This document shows positions 60,941 through 64,000 of a stretch of DNA of 64,000 nucleotides, in pieces. How positions within the stretch are numbered: position 1 is the stretch's first letter; each line of letters begins with the position of its first letter. This DNA comes from Rhina ancylostomus. Lineage: Eukaryota. Location: NCBI GenBank assembly GCA_030265395.1, contig JARFYF010000001.1, positions 39,884,062-39,948,061 of the forward strand, written 5' to 3'. The notes under the pieces were generated by a model. The model had not been told where the DNA came from. It made no database searches and was given only the letters and a program-made list of their open reading frames with translations. The translations under genes and the position numbers were made by a program.

Positions 60941-61139
60941 TTACGTGGAGAAAGCAGAATATTTCTCCTAAAAGCAAAGGGAAAGGTGCTTCAAAGTTTT
61001 GGGAGCTTTGATATATTTAATGGACAAGACTATTTCTTGTGCCAGAAGGTAGGGTAAAAAAGAAAATGGCAAAAAAATGGAAAAAGGAAATATATATTTT
61101 TGCAGCATCCTGTTAGAATTTGGAATGCTTCACTAAATC

Positions 61140-62830
61140 TCAATCTATAACCTCAAGATCCTGCATATTCCCCATGTCACCATTACAATCAAGCCAGAGG
61201 ATCAACCCCATTTCAATGAGTGTAGGAGGACATGCTGGGAGCAGCACCAGCTTAACTACAAATGAGGTCCCAATCTGGAGAAGCTGCCACATAGGATATG
61301 TGGCTAAGCAGCAAAAAGCAGACAGTTTTAAGTGATCCACAATCAATTGGGCAGATAAGAACTCTGCAATCTTGCCAGATCTAGTCATGAATGGTGGAGG
61401 GACGATTAATTGGCTAACAGGAGGCCGCTACAGAAACATTCTCATCTTCACCCAAGGCACAGTCCAGCACCAAGTACCAAGGACAAAGCTGAAGCATTTG
61501 CAATCGCATTCAGCTACAAGTGATCAGTGGATGACCAACTTCAGCTTCCTTTTCAAAGCCAATTTGATTCACTCCCAATGACATGAAAACAAAAGGTTAA
61601 AAGTGCTTGACAGAACTGAATACAGCAAAGGATCAATGAACAGCAAAGTAAAAGGTGTAATCAACAGTGTTAACAAGAAGTACTTACTTACCAATAACTC
61701 TCAATGAAATAAGAGTTTTGGTCCAAACTTCATCACAGCTCTAATTCAAATGTGGATGAAAGAGCTGCAATGCTGAGGTGAGAGTGTCTACCCTTGACAT
61801 CAAGACAGCATTCCACCCAGTATAGCACCAAGGAGCCGTCATGAAACAAATATTAATGACATAATGCTGAAAAACATTCCAATGGATGGAATCGCATCTC
61901 ATGCAAAGGAAAATGATTGTGGTTAATGAAGGTCAATCACAACAGGCCCAGGACATCACTGCAGAAGATCCTCAGGGCAGTTTCTAATAATAGCTATTTT
62001 CACCTGCTTCATTAACGACCTTCCTTCTTTCAAAGTCATGAAAGATTGAACAACTCTATTCACAACTTCTCAGCAAAGCGAGCAACATTGGGGGGAAACC
62101 CCCAGCTGGTTGGGATCATACCCTAGCACAAAGGAAGATGGTTATTGGTAGTTGGAGGTCAATCATCTCAACCGCAGGGCATGTCTGCAGTGGTGCAGTG
62201 TCCTAAACCCAGCCATCTTCAGCTGCTTCATCAATAACCTTCCTTCACTCGCAAGGTCAGAGTAGGGATGTTCGCTGATGATTGCACAATGTTCAGCACC
62301 ATTTGCAACTCTCAGATAATGAAGCAGTCCACAACCAAATGCAGCAAGACCTGGACAATATCAAGGTCTTGCTGAAAAGGTGGCCAGTAACATTCATACC
62401 ACAAAAGTGCTGGGCAATGACAATATCCAACTAGAGGAAAGCCATCTAACACCCCCTGACATTCAATGGCATTACCATCACTGAATTCCCCCACTATTAG
62501 TATCCTGGCAGTTACCATTGACCAGAAACTGAACTGGAATAGCCATGTACATAAATGTGGCTGTAAGACTAGGTCAGAGGCTACGAATCCTGTGGCGAAT
62601 AATTCATCTTCTAACTCCCCATAGGCTGTCCACCATCTACAAGGCACAAGCAGGAGCATGAAGAGCAGATGTTATTGCCAATCTAAACTGACTGTGGTCA
62701 TAAAACCTTCATAAGAAGGACTACAGCAGATGAAGGTAGCAGCTCACTATCACCTTCCCATGGGCAACTGGGAATGGGCAGTAGAAAACTGGCCACATCA
62801 GCTAGATCCAGAAGCTAAAACAAAATGAAT
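61140..62830 (+). mobile_element. CR1-like LINE RT region and 3' end, two overlapping/nested copies
   Basis: PQGS (~61970) and GMFADDCT (~62266) RT motifs. The segment ~61905-62030 recurs, diverged, at ~62130-62250. 3' end gcagctcactatcaccttcccatgggcaactgggaatgggca. Confidence 0.82.
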
Positions 62831-63164
62831 AAATCACATCTGAAATGAGATGAAAGCTGCGCTGAGAGTGTTGGAGATGAGACTTAACGGAAAGCTGCTT
62901 AAAAGCACCTGCAAATGCATAATACTTTGAATGGTTTCCTTCAATACTTTATTATTTTATCATTTCTGATTGATCGAGATGGCAAATATCTCAGCAGATT
63001 TATAGTGTTAACTGAACAATCATGACAAATATAATGACATTGATTTGAACCACAATACATTTGTAGTGTTACACAATGATCAGATATATTGGCTTCAGAT
63101 TTAAAATCATTTTACTTCAAATGGAAATCCAATTCACTGAGATGAAGAGTTACATTAATCTAGT

Positions 63165-63360
63165 TTTATAGTCAGAGTAATACAACATGGAAACAGGCCC
63201 TTCAGCCCAACTCGTCCATGGCGATCCAAAGTGCCTATCTCAGCTACTCCCATTTGCCTGCGCTTGGCCCATATCCTGCTAATCTTTTCCTACCCAAGTG
63301 GCTGCCTAAATGTCTTTTAAACATAATTGTACCCACATCTACCACTTCCTCTGGCAGCTC
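63165..63360 (-). mobile_element. CR1 3' end fragment
   Basis: catggaaacaggcccttcagccca...cccatttgcctgcgcttggcccatatcc...accacttcctctggcagctc. Confidence 0.85.
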
Positions 63361-64000
63361 AAAGATCAAAAATATACAACTGTGTTACTACAACATTTTT
63401 ATATGGAGTGTGTATATTTCATTGAATATCTGACATTTGGGTTGGAAGTATCTGCTTTTTTTAAAAAAAATTTGTGATGGCAGGGAAATCCTGTGTTTTC
63501 ATCATTGTAGAAGTTCAGCCTGGGGTAAAATGTTTTCTCCAACAGTAACCGGAAAAATAGAAGCAACAGGAAAACCTGCTTGCAGCCCACTGCAAGGACG
63601 GGGGTTACACAGCCTTCTCCAATGAAAGAGGACCAAGTTTAACATTCCAACATTGATGCACAAGTTTTATATACTGGCAAACATCACAGTAACAAGTGTA
63701 ATTCCAATCCAAAGGGATTAATCACATCCAAGGGAAAATTAGAGAATGCCAAAATAACTATCTTCTTTTAATTTTGTAATGAACACTAAAAGTCTTAAAG
63801 ACTTTTCTATTTATAGATTTCATTGCTCAAATCAGAAATGGTAATGCTATATTTGTTTTCAACACTGCGGAAGCAGGGCGATGACATGGTTTCTATAGAA
63901 ACACTGGACAGGAATTCAAGTTTCACATCTCAACCCAGTGAACTCATGATTGTCCTTGTACCCCAAGGGAAATGGTTCAGTAAACCAGCAGGAAGAACAG

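Larger units (their letters stand above)
1..64000 (-). other. FMNL2: Partial FMNL2 transcription unit: intron 1 (19710 to >64000), intron 2 (4522-19625), intron 3 (1859-4440), intron 4 (<1-1781)
   Basis: Exon order and phases are consistent. I found neither an exon-1-like peptide (MGNAGS...) nor an exon-5-like peptide (WVREFL...) in the window. Confidence 0.85.

Noticed and set aside
1-64000. CRISPR arrays, operons or other prokaryotic/viral systems
   Set aside because: No regularly spaced repeat-spacer array and no long intact ORFs; the sequence is vertebrate intronic DNA throughout.

Overview
Eukaryotic, AT-rich, repeat-dense draft scaffold with many N gaps. The repeat families (V-core SINEs, Deu-domain SINEs, CR1, Rex1/Babar, RTE and palindromic Penelope-like ends) point to a cartilaginous fish, probably a ray-like batoid (inference). 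The whole window lies inside one minus-strand gene, formin-like 2 (FMNL2). Three coding exons are clear: 19626-19709, 4441-4521 and 1782-1858, corresponding to human exons 2-4 (N-terminal GTPase-binding domain). Exon 1 lies beyond 64000, so intron 1 is over 44 kb, and exon 5 lies before position 1. Everything else is intronic, mostly decayed transposons, including a Harbinger transposase fossil and Penelope RT and GIY-YIG fragments. I see no intact novel gene system. The most unusual signals are: (1) a ~160-bp duplication flanking exon 4 with a 53-nt identical core that looks like a 3' splice site; (2) Penelope ends carrying a recurrent variant hammerhead-ribozyme core; (3) TSD-bounded palindromic mini-elements nested in a Tigger-like transposon. 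Repeat boundaries are approximate, and family calls come from recalled consensus motifs, not database searches.
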